Positions 36,132 through 49,400 of a stretch of DNA of 64,000 nt are shown one piece after another. The position numbers and the translations under genes are program-made. Source of the DNA: Hydrolagus colliei. Lineage: Eukaryota. Under the pieces are notes generated by a model. That model ran no database searches. It saw only the letters and a program-made list of their open reading frames with translations, and was not told the origin of the DNA. The first letter of the stretch is position 1. Every line of letters begins with the position of its first letter. The stretch is from the NCBI GenBank assembly GCA_035084275.1, contig CM068771.1, forward strand, positions 2,232,001 to 2,296,000, in the 5' to 3' direction.

Positions 36132-39100
36132 TTAACCATTTTCAGTGGTGGGGGGTGACGTCAGAGCCACATAGGCCCCGCCCCCCAGAATCACCCCCCA
36201 GACCCCGCCCTCTGGTGACCATGTGATTGGTTGTTTCCTGTTGACAGACTCTCTGGCCAATCCCACAATGCACCTTGTCTTGTTCCCCACCTGCACCTCC
36301 CAGTAATGTCTCCCTGATGTGAAGCCCTCAGACCCCAGGACAATGGGCCAGACACTAAACCTCTTTGGGGTGTCAGGGAGCGGCTGCCATGTGTCTCCGA
36401 GTCTCACACTGGTCAGGTCCTCAGACAGGATGAGCTCGGGATGGGCTGTGACAGGATCCAGAGTCAGAGAGGCCGGAGCTGAGAGAGAGAGAGAAACAGC
36501 ACAAAGTGTAGTGAGACGGTGAGAGAGAGTGGAGTGAGAGAGAAACAACACAAAGTATTGTCAAGGGATGGGCACTAGGACCCGGGAGCTGGTGACTGAT
36601 CCCCATCAGAGGGTTAGAATCAACTGCAGTGATGTTGTCCCGCCGCCAGCAGAGGGCGCTGGTGACAGTGTGACTGCAGTGGCTGTTGGGCTCGCACAGC
36701 GCCTCCTGCTGACGGTAGCGCGGTACTACAGGGATAGGATCATCCAACCTGATCTCAGGCTATGGAGGGCATTGCAATGTTTAACCTGTGAGGATCCAGG
36801 TGAATGTAACAATATTCACAAACCTTCAGTGTGAGAGTGGGAGCCATTTACCTGGACTGATGTTGGGTAACATCTCTCTCCAGGCTGTGTATTGTACAAG
36901 TCTGTTGTATATTCCCACAGGCAGATCATCCTCACACACCGAGAGCAAAATACCCTCATCACTGATCCTGAAATAACAGTCAAACATACTATAAATTAAA
37001 CCTACACTTTGTGTTTGTATGTGTGTTAAATTCTGGGGATGTTTTGTAAAAAGCTTTTCATACCTTCTCTTCCGAGCAGCTTCCTCCTAGTGAAATAAAC
37101 ACAAACAGATCTGAGCTCACATGATATAACACATAATTATACTGTAATTAGATGCCAACATTCTCACACCGATCAATCAATGTAAATTCCATGGCAACCT
37201 GTGAAGCGCTTTCAGACGTCGATAAGATGTGAAAAGCTCTATGTCAAATGCAAGGCTTATTATTATTATTCTTAACCACATCTGTCCTGGGCTGTTGGTT
37301 TGCAAGGACACTGCAGGCACTGAGAGTGACTGATGAGGGTTTATTTCTGTACTGATTGGCAGCAGCAGAGTCATTCATAGAATCTAAGAAAACATAAATC
37401 AAAGTACTGAAACAAAACACAAAATACTACAGATGCTGGGAATCTGAATCAACAAAAGTGGCTGGGGAAACTCAGCAGGTCAGGCAGCATCCATGGAGAG
37501 AGGAAAAAAAGTCAACATTTCGGGTCTACAACCCTTCGTCAGAACTGGGGCTTGTTTCGAGGAAGAGGTTTTTAATTCATTTATTTGAGGTTTTTAATCA
37601 ATTATTTAATCAAATTACTGATCTGTTTAACTGTCAGACTCATCTCCAGACTGTGTGTAACTGTTAAAATGCCATCTCTTTACCTGCAGAAAGATTAGTG
37701 CGTCTTTCTCAATCTGTTTCTGTAACTCTGAGATCTTCTGCTGAATAGAATCTAATTTGCTCTGAATCTCTCGCAGGTTTCTCTCCATTCTGTGTAAAAT
37801 CTCCTCCTCTCGCTGTCTGAGCTCTCGGATTACACGCTGCTCTCTGTCAGTCAGGTTCTGGTGCATTTTAGCAAACTCAGCCGTGACATCCATCTGCAGA
37901 CTGCTCACCTGTTCCTGAAAAATCAAGCGTCAGACTTTACCGCATGATCACACAGTGAAGAGACACACTGAGACATCACACAGTGAACACACAGTAAAGA
38001 GCGACACACTGGGGGCCTAGACATCGCACTTTGTACACACAATAAAGAGACATGAACCCAACACAACTTACCTTAACTTGTGAAATCTTTTGTTTCTGTT
38101 TAACTTCAGCTTTGAGAGCCGCGGCCTTCCTCTGTGTGAGAGAATCTAAGGAGGATTTCACTTTATCCTGCAATTAAATAAAAACTGTGAGGAAAAAAAC
38201 ATCAACAATCTGGCTCAGTTTGTGTTTCTCTTGTCTGTGATTCACAACATTGTGGGTCAACCCCCATATCAGGACTTTGGACTCCATTGTTGTAGCTGAC
38301 AGTCCAGTGCAGTGCTGGTGGACAGTAGGATTAGCAGAGGTGCCGTCCTTCAGATGAGACGTTAAACTGCAATCCAGGGACTGTACACCTGTTTGAAAAG
38401 GTGATTCCCCAGTGATCTGTACAACAAATGAAATTGTGTTTTGAGCCTGTTTGTGTTTGGTGTTTGACACTATGGACACCGCCTCTTCACTCAACTCAAC
38501 CTTCAAGCTTCTGTACTTGACTCCCCTCTCCTCCCTGTCCCTCTGCTCTGAACGCCTGGGTGATTTCAACCTTCACCTAAACTTCTCTTGCACTGCATCC
38601 TTTGATTTCTCTCTGCCCTCCTCTCCTCCCTAAACCTCACCTTCCACATCGACTTTCCGACCCACAACCATGGGCATGCTCTCGTCCTTGTTCACACCTA
38701 TGGCCTTGACATTTCCGACATCAGTATACTGGACAAGGCCATCTCGGAGCACTTCCTCATCTCTTTCTCCTCTCGCATCCTTCTCTCCTCCACCAATCCC
38801 TCAACTGTTCTCTTTCGCCCATGGAGAAGTCTGCCCTCTGAGACCCTCACAGAGACCCTCACATCCTCTGCCTTCCTAACCCTCTGGCCTTCACCCACAG
38901 TGACCCTGAAGCAACGAAACAGCTGCTCCTTGATCACCTCTCCTTCACCTTCAACTCTCTCGTTCTTCTGAAAACCAGGTCCATCTCCAAACCTACCTGT
39001 TCCACTTGATATAATACTCATCTCCGCTCCCTAACATCGCAAACCCGGCTGCTTGAGTGCAGATGGCTGCTAAACGTTCTGATGGTTCACCACCAACTGT

Positions 39101-41817
39101 GGCTCAAACATCTCCACTGTTACTTCCGTTCTTTGTCGCGCATGAAAACAGCCTACTAATTGAACATCATCCTGGAGGCTAAAAACAACCTGCAAGTCGA
39201 TTTTTGGTGAGATCGCCGTCAGACATGGGCTAGATTTCTACAAATAACCAGACGACATCCAACTCCTCTCTGCCATCAATCTCAGTTACTGAAATTGTGA
39301 CATCCTGACATCCTGTCAGATATCAACGCCTGGATGAGAGACAGCTTTCGACATCTGAATGTCAGCAAGACCCTATCTGTGCTGATTGGCTCATGCCAGT
39401 GCCTCCGCACCTCACAAACACTGGCAGGATCAGGATGAACACTCCACCTCACCAAGCCAGTCGGGAAACTGACTCTTGTTTGAACCTAGACTGTCATTTC
39501 CTCCATCCACATATCCATGCCATAAGCAATCACTGCCTTCCATCACTGCCATAATATCATCCATCTCAGTCACTGCCTCACCCTCAGTAAGTGTGCAACA
39601 CTTACACATGCATTTGTCACCTGAAGGGTTGACTATGGCAACACTCTCCTTGTTGGCATTCCTAACAAGTTACAGTTCATCCAAAATTCTGCAGCTGGTG
39701 TCCTCTCCCGCACCAGGCAAGGCAAACTCCTCTTCCTCACACTCACCCGGCCACACTTACTCTCCATCCCTCAGAGGATCAAATTCAAGTTGATCATCCT
39801 CACTTTCAAAACTTTCCACAGACTTGCCCATTCCGACCTCTCTGATCTGCTGACTCCCCATAGAACCATCCACTCCCTCCATTCTGGATACGATGATGTA
39901 GCCAACTCTATGTATCTCGCCTGACCATCCCTACCAACGATGGCTGGGCTTTCAGCCTTTCTGCCTCACATGCTTTCAAACTCATTCCCTTCACATAGCT
40001 CCCTCCCTTGCCTCCTTCACCCTATACACTCTCACCGTTGGCTACATCATCCGCAGACATGGGGTAGATTTTCACATGTATGCGGATGACACCCAACTCT
40101 ACCTCTCCGCATCCACCCTCCACTCCAAGACTACTGGTGTTCTGACTGCGTGTCTGTCCGACATTGAGTCCTGGATGAGGGTAAACTTCCTACAGTTCAA
40201 TGTCAACAAGACGGAGGCCCTCCTGATTGGCTCACATCAGCGCCTCCACACTTCAGGCACTGACAACATCAGCGTTCAATGCTGCTCTCTCAAAGCCAAT
40301 CAGGAATCTGGGCGTCTTGTTCGACCCCGAGCTAGCCTTCCTCACCCACATCCGCTCCATGACTAGCACAGCCTTCTACTACCTCCACAATATTGCAAGT
40401 CTCCGCCAGTACCTCACATCCCTTGCCGACAAAATTCTCATCCATGCCTTTGTGACTTCCAGGTTGGACTATGGGAACTCTCTCCTCATTGTCCTCCCCA
40501 GCTCCACCCTTCACAAGCTGCAAATCATCCAGAAATCTGCAGCTCATGTATTCTACTATACCAGGCTTTGAGACCACATCACTCCCAGCCTCACCCGTCT
40601 TCATTGGCTCCCCATCCCCCAGAGGATCGAATTCAAGATCCTCGTCCTCACTTTCAAAGCCATTCACGGCCTTGCCCCCGCCTATCTTTCTGACCTGCTG
40701 TCTCCCTATCAGCCTGCCCGCCCCCTCTGTTCCCTAACTCTTCTCACTGTACCACTCTCCTTCCCCTTACCCGACCCTCCTCTCCCTGCTCAGGTCCCAA
40801 CCTGACTGTTCAGCGCTTTGAGACATCCTCCCGATGTGAAAGGCTCTATACAAGTGCAATTTTTGTTCTTGTTGTGTCCTTTTGATATGAAAGGCACTCT
40901 CCAAATGAAATGTTGTTTTGATGGTGGTTTGAGTAATTTGGCTGCTGTGTTTGCCTACATATGTGCATTACACTAAATATGTAATACAGTAAAGTGCTTT
41001 CAGATATCCGTCTGACACAAATGCCAGTGTAACTTAATAAAAATAATAATAATCTTTAATCTGATATAGCATTTTACATATCTTTGAGTCATATCAAAGC
41101 GCTTCAAACAATAGATTGTAAAGTGAATTGATTGCAAATTTGTAGGTGAAACACGGCAGATATTTCCATACAAAAGTGTTCCACAAACATGAATTGATTG
41201 ACCAAATTAGTATTGGGTTTTTTTGGAGCTATATTATTAGGCTTGTGGAGTAAGGAATCTTGCCCAAGGTTTCTCACTGCCAGAAATTGAAAAGTTTTTA
41301 GTTTGTAAGACGAGTGCTCTAACCACTGAGCTGCAGGACACCACTTATGTAAGTAATATTATTCATGGACCACACAGCAGACAATTGACAATCTGGGGTC
41401 TTTTACCTTATAGATCTGAATGGCCTCCTTTATGGGGATGAAGCTGTGATTTTTGTGCTCTCGAGCATCTCTGCAAATCACACAAGTCAGTTTCTTGTCT
41501 GTTTCACAGAACAGCTTCAGTTCCTCCTGATGCTCCTCACATTGAAGCTTCTTTTCATCTTGTGGCTGAGTCAGGCTCAGATTCTGAACTTTTTCTGTCA
41601 GATTACGCAACATACGATTGCGTCTCAGGTTAGTACTTGGAATCACCGTCCGACATTCTGGACAGGAGTTTGTCTCCTGCTTTTCCCAGCACTGTGTGAT
41701 ACAGGAGCGGCAGAAGTTGTGGTCACATTCCAGCATCACCGGATCATTAAAGAAATCCAGACAAATCGGACAGTTCAGCTCCTCGGTCAGACGCTGAACC
41801 TGATCTCCAGAAGCCAT
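36132..41817 (-). CDS. TRIM-C: TRIM with intact RING-Bbox-CC but C-terminally truncated PRY/SPRY (407 aa; possible pseudogene)
   Basis: Exons 41407-41817, 38072-38167, 37684-37914, 37064-37086, 36852-36967, 36132-36478. Homology to the paralogs stops at about 36148 (..YVALTSPP), then non-homologous TTENG* follows; roughly 65 C-terminal SPRY residues are missing. Confidence 0.88.
38470..39180 (+). mobile_element. Degenerate L2 endonuclease-region fragment
   Basis: LGDFNLHLN and other similarity to 16100-16750. Confidence 0.75.
40030..40870 (+). mobile_element. L2 RT 3' fragment in TRIM-C intron 1
   Basis: YADDTQLY, frameshifted [22 protein letters not shown]2 tail. Confidence 0.85.
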
Positions 41818-43199
41818 TTTCAGCTCCAAAGTTCCTTATCTAACTTCCTTATTAGGTGTGTCAGTATTTGTGTGGGTGTGGCTCAGACTCACTTTCCTCT
41901 CAATTTCTTCACTTCAACAATATTGTGAGAGAAAGAAATTCTAACTGAAAGAACAGAATAGAAGCTTGGACTTGTAACAACAACAAAATTAAATTGATGG
42001 GGCGCTTCTCCCCAAAGTAGGATGACCCATGGTGCTGAACAGTCAGGTCGGGACCCGAGCAGGGGGGAGAGACAGGGTCGGGGGAGGGGAGGCAGTGACT
42101 GGGGAGGGTAGGGAGAGAGTTGGGAGGCAAGCAGCAGGCATGATCAAAGATGAAGGTCTTGAGATCGGCGTTGAAGGAGGCAAGGAAGAAGCGAGGTGAA
42201 GGGACTGTGGAATGGAGTTCCAGAATGTGGGGGCAGAGAGGCTGAAATCCCATTCACTGATGGTGGGGTGGTTCAGGCGAGGGACATAAAGGATACTGGG
42301 ATCTGCTGAATGGAGGGAGTGAGCATGTTCATAAGGAGACAGCTGTGATAGGAGGGGGAAGGCTGTGAATGGCCTTGAAAGTGAGGACGAGGATCCTAAA
42401 TTCAATCCTCTGGGGGATAGGGAGCCAACAGAGCCCGGCGAGGGTGGGATGATGTGGTCACCTAGCTTGGCACGGGAGAGGACATGAGCTGCAGATTTCT
42501 GGATGATTTGCAGCTTGTGAAGGGAAGAACAGGGCACAAGATTTGCATGTGAGTGAGTGTGACTGTCACACTGTGATCACACTCAGATTAGTGTGTGAGT
42601 GAGTGTGACAATGATACTGTGATCACACTCAGGCTGATGTGTGAGTGAGCCCTGCAGTGGAGTGCAAGCCTGAACTGTGAGCACAGAGTCCACAGAGCAG
42701 GGAGAGGCTGATGCAATTAACAGAGATAAGGAGGCAGCTTGCGGAGGGATTTTGAGGGGGAGGGGAGAGCAGGAGAAGGGATCTGAGTGTGTATGAGTAT
42801 GTGTGTGTATCTGTGTGTTTGGTATTTCTGTGCTATTTCAATCACAAACATTCACTGCTGGTCACTTGTGATGTAGCCCAGAGCTCCATCCTTGGCCACG
42901 TTATTTCCTTCATCTATATCTCAGTGTTTAGCATCATGCTCCACCACCATCAAGTTCTCAAGGACACCGCCAGGGCTGGCGCTATATAAACACAAAAACA
43001 AAAATCAGAAGTCGCTTTGAGCACTCAGCAGGTTAGAGGATGTCCTGTCTACAATATCTACATGGGGTCAACTATCACATGTATGCGCATGACACCAAAC
43101 TCTCTCTTTCTGCCTCTAACCTCGATTCCAGGACTGTCTTGACAGACTGCCTGTCAGAGATCTGGTCCTGGTTGAGAGCTAACTTTCCACAGTAGAATA

Positions 43200-43640
43200 T
43201 CAACATAAGAATGGCGAGAACAAATGGGCAGGAGTGAGCCATTCAGCCCATCAAGCCTGCTCTGCAATTTAATTAGATCGTTGCTGATCTGTAACTCTAC
43301 TCATCTTTTCAATTCCAATTACCTGCTTTCACCCCATATCCCTTAATAGAGTATAAGGGTACGGAAGTGTTGCTGCAACTGTAAAGGGCTTTGCTGAGAC
43401 CGCACCGAGAGTATTGTGTGTAGGTTTGGTCTCCTTATTTAATAAAGGACATACCTGCCTTGGAGGGGGTGCAGCGTAGATTCACTAGGTTAGTTCCTGG
43501 GATGAGGGGACTGACCTATGAGGATAGGTTGAATGAACCAGGGATGTATTCTCTAGAGTACAGAAGAATTAGGGGGATCTTATTGAAACATACAAGATTC
43601 TTAAAGGGCGAGATAAAGTAGACACTGAGGAGTGTAGACA
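43200..43640. mobile_element. CR1 fragments upstream of the MHC-2 enhancer
   Basis: 43330-43630 is similar to 22250-22530; a CR1 tail in opposite orientation lies at 43200-43320. Confidence 0.7.
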
Positions 43641-43973
43641 CTCCTGTTTCGTCTTTTCAGCCTCACAATGAACCCTAGTTCCTCTCCACTTTTTCAGTTA
43701 TTTCTTCTACTGAGCCTCCTACTTGACGCCCCTGTTGATGTTTGGCTGCCTCTCCTGTCTGCCTTCCCATTGTGTGGGTGATGGGATCTTTGGAACAACG
43801 CCAACAGGGAGCCCTGCTGTGGAGAGTCAGTCTGGACTATGAGCTCAGGGAAGGAGAGGTGGAGTGAGGAGGAGGGGTGGAGGGGTGGAGAGGGTGGTGG
43901 GGGGAGGGTTTGGGGTGGGAAGTTTAGGAGAGTTGGAGGGAAGAGTGGGGGAGGAGGGAAGGGCGTTTACACT

Positions 43974-44030
43974 GGAAATCCCCGGCCTGTTTCAATAACA
44001 TCCACTGAACACATTTATTTTCACTTTCAC
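43974..44030 (+). promoter_or_regulatory. NF-kB site plus ISRE/IRF element upstream of MHC-2
   Basis: GGAAATCCCC at 43974-43983 and TTTTCACTTTCAC (=GTGAAAGTGAAAA, tandem IRF half-sites) at 44018-44030, about 430 bp upstream of the ATG; same order as enhancer A then ISRE in mammalian class I promoters. Confidence 0.7.
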
Positions 44031-44331
44031 TCAACAGAGTCCCTTTGAACAGATTCTCCTCCAGCCCCCACCGGTCATGTGTGGTGACAAACTAATCCTG
44101 AATTCTAACTACAAATACTGACAAGAATGGCATTCCAAACAGCGACTTCTGGGATAATTTAAACGTTGACAGACAGACAGATACAGATACACAGACAGAC
44201 ACAGATACACAGACAGACAGAGATATAAACGCACAAATAGGCGCTCGATCTCTCAGGCACTCACACAGACAGACCGTCACTCATGCACAGCCAAACACAC
44301 ACAGGTTATGATCAGCTCCTGAGATCCTCCC

Positions 44332-44350
44332 ATTGGCTGTGAGTGAGTCA
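44332..44350 (+). promoter_or_regulatory. Inverted CCAAT and AP-1 motif, MHC-2 proximal promoter
   Basis: ATTGG at 44332-44336 and TGAGTCA at 44344-44350. Confidence 0.5.
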
Positions 44351-44586
44351 GTGAGAGTCTGATCAGAGACAGTATTGGGGTTAGAGCTGAGAGGCTGTGG
44401 TGGGGAGCAGAGGGTCTGGCTGGACAGACAGACAGACTGTCAGTGTCAGTGACCAGCCATGGCCAGGATGATAAGGTCTCTGATGGCTCTCCCTGTCCTC
44501 CTGTCTGTGTGTGGGGGGCTGGACAGTAAGTGGCCACAGACTCTGTTACTGTTTGTTCTTATTGATTCTCTTGTTATTTGGGGGAG

Positions 44587-44740
44587 TGGAGGGGCTGAGG
44601 GTGTGTTGAGGGGCTGAGGGTGAGTTGAGGGGCTGAGGGTTAGTTGAGGGGCTGAGGGTTAGTTGAGGGGCTGAGGGTGAGTTGAGGGGCTGAGGGTGAG
44701 TTGAGGGGCTGAGGGTGAGTTGAGGGGCTGAGGGAGGTTG
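44587..44740. repeat. 19-bp minisatellite (TTGAGGGGCTGAGGGTGAG)n, about 8 copies
   Basis: TTGAG recurs at 44606, 44625, 44644 and onward, in MHC-2 intron 1. Confidence 0.93.
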
Positions 44741-45963
44741 AGGTATTGAGGGTGTGTTGAGTGGCTGAGGGTGGCTGGTGAGAGGCTGGGTGTGGAGTGT
44801 TCCCGAGTTGATAGTGTGTTGAGGGATGGAAGGATGTTTCCTCTAATGAATTATCTTGTTTTTAGGGGAGAGAGGGAGGGGTTGAGTGTGTGCTAAGGGA
44901 CTGAAGTTATGATGATGGTCTGAGGGAGAGCTGAGAGATTGAAGTTGAGAGGGGAGGGACTGGGGGGTGGTGGGGCTAGAATATGGGGGAGGGGTTGAGT
45001 GTTTGGGGAGTGAGTGATGGGCTGGGGGATGGTTGAGGAGCTATGGGAGGGGCCGGGGAAGGGTTGGATGGGGTGGAAGAGGTGTGGAATGGTTCGGTTG
45101 CGAGGGAGGGATTGAGATAGTGAGTGATGGGCTGAGGGGAGGGACTGGGGAGAGTGATGGGCTGGGGGAGGGGATGAGGGACTGTGGGTGTTTAGGATGG
45201 GGGATGGGGAAGCGGAAGACGGGCTGGGGAAGAGAGTGGCTAAGGTACGGGTTGAGAGACTGGGAGAGTGAGGAGCGGGTGAGGGTCTGGGGAGTGTGAT
45301 GGGCTGGGGGATGGGGTGAAGGACTGGGGGTGTGAGGGGCTTGAGGAGGGTGCCAGGGAAGAGCTGAGTGGCTGGAGTATGATTGGCTGGGGATGAGGTG
45401 CTGGGAGGGTGTGCGAGGGGCTAGAGGAGAGGATGATGAACCAGGGGAGCGGGTGATTGGATCCATTCCCAAATCCCTTTGCCTGCTTCCCCCCTTGCTT
45501 CATTAAAGACTGGTCTCAAGACCTTCCTCTTCGACCTTGCCTTCATCTGCCATCCTACCTCTCTGCCCTCATCCCAACCCTACACCTCCACCCCCCCACC
45601 ATGCTTACATCCTGACCCCCGACTGTCCAGCGCCTTGGGACGTCCTCTAAATGTGAAAGACGATCTACGAATGTAATGTTGTTGTTGTTGATATTGAGGG
45701 GTTGGGGGAGGGTTTGGTGGAGACAGAGATTGCACCTGAGTTACTTTTCTCAGTCTATCACAATTGGATGAGATTGCTCTCACTGTCTCTCTGTGTCTAC
45801 ACAGAGCCCTGTGAGCTGTGTATGGGCAGTCTGAATGAAGTGTAGTCCTGTAATGGTGTTGAATCCAAACACAATGTAGATAGTAACGTGGTTGTTGTTG
45901 ATTCACTGAGTCCTTTAATTCTAACTTTATAAATCAACCTCTTTCAAATCTATCTCTTGAATC

Positions 45964-46400
45964 CTTATTATCTCCTTTGCTGATTCTGATATCAGGTCTC
46001 CTTCTTTCAAAAGCTTTTCTCTTAATCCAGTACCTTTCATGCCAACTATTATCTGGTTATGTATCATTTTGTCTCCTAATGTAGTGTGATTTTTATCAAG
46101 GGATTTTAGTACTGCACAGCACTGATTGAATGATTCTGTGGGTCTTTGGTTTCTTGTTCCAAACTTCAGTCGGTCAATTAATTATACATGATTTTTTTCA
46201 ACAACATCTTTCCCTCATAATATTCATCGTCTCATTCGATGGCATGTCCACCTCTCTTTCAAGGATTGTAAAATATTCCGTTACTTCCTCACTTGCTACA
46301 TTCAAAAATATCACAAACCAGTTTCTGTGGCAGATTCATTATGTTGGCTGCAAGTCCCAAAATTTTAAATCACTTTCAGAACCATTGCCAATTGTGAGTT
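45964..46400 (-). mobile_element. Ty3/Gypsy LTR-retrotransposon gag relic in MHC-2 intron 1
   Basis: Hand translation: IFLNVASEEVTEYF ... DRLKFGTRNQRPTESFNQCCAVLKSL...KMIHNQIIVGMKGTGLREKLLKEGDLISESAKEIIR. Resembles the Gypsy gag pattern RxQxxxES...MIRDxIVxG...LRxKLL. Not in the ORF track. Confidence 0.75.
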
Positions 46401-49400
46401 AAACTTCCAGTCAATTTCAGTGATCTTAGTACAACAACAACTTTGATTTATATAGCGCCCTCCATTCTGGATGGTGTCTCAGAGCGCTTCACAGTAGCGG
46501 ATCCCGGGACCGAGCCAGGGGCAGGGGTAGAAAGGTGACCAAAATAGTTGACCAAAGTAGTATCTGCACATACCTTAAGAAATTAATTCTGCTTCTTCCT
46601 GCATTTTACTTTTCATTCTGTATTCAATCCATAATATATTTATTATTATTATTATATTCAATCTCGTAGTCAGTTTCACTCCAGGTTCGGTTTTCACTTC
46701 TGAAATGTTATTTAATCCAAAACACAATGTAGATCGACTCAGTCCTTTAACTCCAACTTTAGAAGTCAACTTCTTTCAAATCTGCCCAGTCACTTTCCCC
46801 AAATCCTTTGATCCTTGTATATCCTTATTCAATTTTAGTGGACTTTAAAGCAAAATACAACATGTACAGTATGTGCTCAGAGTGAACTGTTACACATGTA
46901 CAATCAGTCTCTGTGTTTGTGTCTGACAGAGCCTCAGACATCGAGAGTGTTCCACATGTTGATGTCAAGGGATGGAGATTTCCCAGAGTACAGCCGTACA
47001 GCGATGGTGGATGATATTGAGGTGCATCACTACGACAGCAACAGTCAGAGAATTGTTACCCAGATACCGAGTTTACAGGAAGCTCTTAGAGAACAACGCT
47101 TCTACATACATGTAGAGAACAAGAAGGCAGATCATATGATCATCAAAGAGAATATGGTTTATATGATGAAGAGGAGGAACATTACTAGCGGTGAGTGGAT
47201 TAATATTCACTGTAAACATCCAGCACTTTTCACTTTGTGTGTCTGTGTTAATGTGTTTGAATGTGAGAAGGAGGGAGTCAGTGAGTGTCTGTTTGCTATT
47301 GTGAGCCACCCCATGAAAATTCTCCACACTCCACTGTTCCCAATAGTCCTCTCTCACTGCGCTGCTCGCTTTCTCTCTCCTTGGGAGGGCAGCAGAAGGC
47401 ATGGTTGAAGAGGAGGGTCTTGAGACCAGCCTTGAAGTAGGCAAGGGAGGGAGCGAGGTGAAGAGACTGTGGGATGGAGTTCCAGAATGTCGGGGCAGAA
47501 AGGCTGAAAGACCATCCACCAATGGTAGGGCGGGTCGGGTGGGGGAGCAGGCCGGAGCCCACTGAATGGAGGGGGCGGGGAGGATCATAGCGGGACAGCA
47601 GGTCAGAGAGATGGGGTGGGCAAGGCCCCGAAGCTTGAAACCCACCCCCTCGAAAGCTTTCCTCCACCACCTCACCCACTTGTGTTCTCCTCCATAATCC
47701 TTCGGCAAGTTTCCTTAATCCAAACACTGGATAATAATTCCTAAAAAAAAATATTAAATAGGTCATTTCAATCCACAACTGTTTATGGGACACTGCTGTG
47801 TGCAATTGAAACCACAAATTATACAGGCAATTCACTTTACAATATATTCTGTGAAGTGCTTTAGGACGTCTGGAAGGTGTGAAAAGCCCTATAACAAATG
47901 TAAGGATTATTATTATAAATGATCCCCAAATAACAATCCTCATGATCGATGACCTCAACCTCGACGAGAACTTTGATATTCTTGGTATAAGAGAACCCTT
48001 GCTGTTGCCCGGTCACTCTGACCCCTCATTGAAGCCACCGTCCTCCCACTCTCTCCCCCCAGATACATATTTCAGCATATCCCCAGCCCAAACCCACTCA
48101 GGGGAGAGATAGCCCTCGTTTCCCATGCTTCCTTTAATCTATCCCACTATTCCTCTGGTTGCTTCCCTTCTATTGAACATTTACGTCTGCACCATTCCTC
48201 CCTTTCCTTCAAAATCCTCCTCATTTATTGTCTTCCCAAACCAGCTGGTCCCTTTATCGCTGGCATCTCCCTCCTTTCATCCTTGTGTCTGTCCACTGAA
48301 CATTCCATCATTTTCTTACCATAGAAGTACTGAGTCTTTCATAAATGCCATACCTTACTCAGATCCCCACCTCCTCCCTGCAAAACTCAATATCCCTGAA
48401 ATGTAGGCCTGTCTCCAAATCTACCCACTCCTCCTGGTCCAACAGTCACCTCCACTCTGTTAAAACAAAAACCCAAATGCCTGAATATAAATGGCATAAA
48501 TCCAGCCTCACAATCCCTCGCAGCTGTGGCTGGCATATCTCCAAGCTATGTCCCTTCTGCATCCTGTGGACCAACACTCCTCGGGTTCTGTTGCTAAACC
48601 CATTAAAATGGCTACCATCAGTCCCCTCCCCAAACTCCTCCATTGACCCTTTCAGCCTCACAAATTACAGACACATTTCCATCCTGCCCTTCCTTACCAA
48701 AGCTTTAGCTACACTTTTTTGCTAACTAACTTTGTTGTCATCTCTCCTTCCATCCCTTCCACAAGCCCCTCCAATCCAGCTGTCTTTACTTCTCCACATC
48801 TGACCACTGACCACGTCTGCATTCCTCCTGACGCGAGTATTCAAATGCCCTTTAACCGGTCCTCCCTGCTCCAGCATACACAGGATCCAGCTGATCTCAA
48901 ACTCCACTGTCGGCATTCTCACAGGTTCTAAACTGTATGCCACAACAGTAACACCAGCGCTCGCCAGGTTCCTATCACTCCCTATTGCCAAATGAATCGA
49001 TTTCAAGACCCTCATGCCCAACATCAAATCCCTTCATGCTCTGCCACCTTCCCACATCTCTGACCAGCTTACCCCACAACTCACTACCGGCTGACACCAC
49101 TAGTCTGGCTCCAGCTTCTGGCAAGTCCCTCATGCCTTTCACTTCACAACCGGCTCCTCCACTGACAAGTGCCCTGGGACGCCACACTGAATGAGGGGCA
49201 TTGTGTTGGATGTTTTTATTTTATGTGTGTGTGAGAGAGGGAGTGGGTTTGTGTAACAGAAATCTGGTGAGGGACAGACACACTGATCAGAATGGCTGTG
49301 AATGACTAGAGTTTCACCCACAAATATACAGTCACTTCACTTTACAGTATATTCTGTGAAGCGCTCTGAGACGTTGATAAGATGTGGAAAGCGCTATGTC

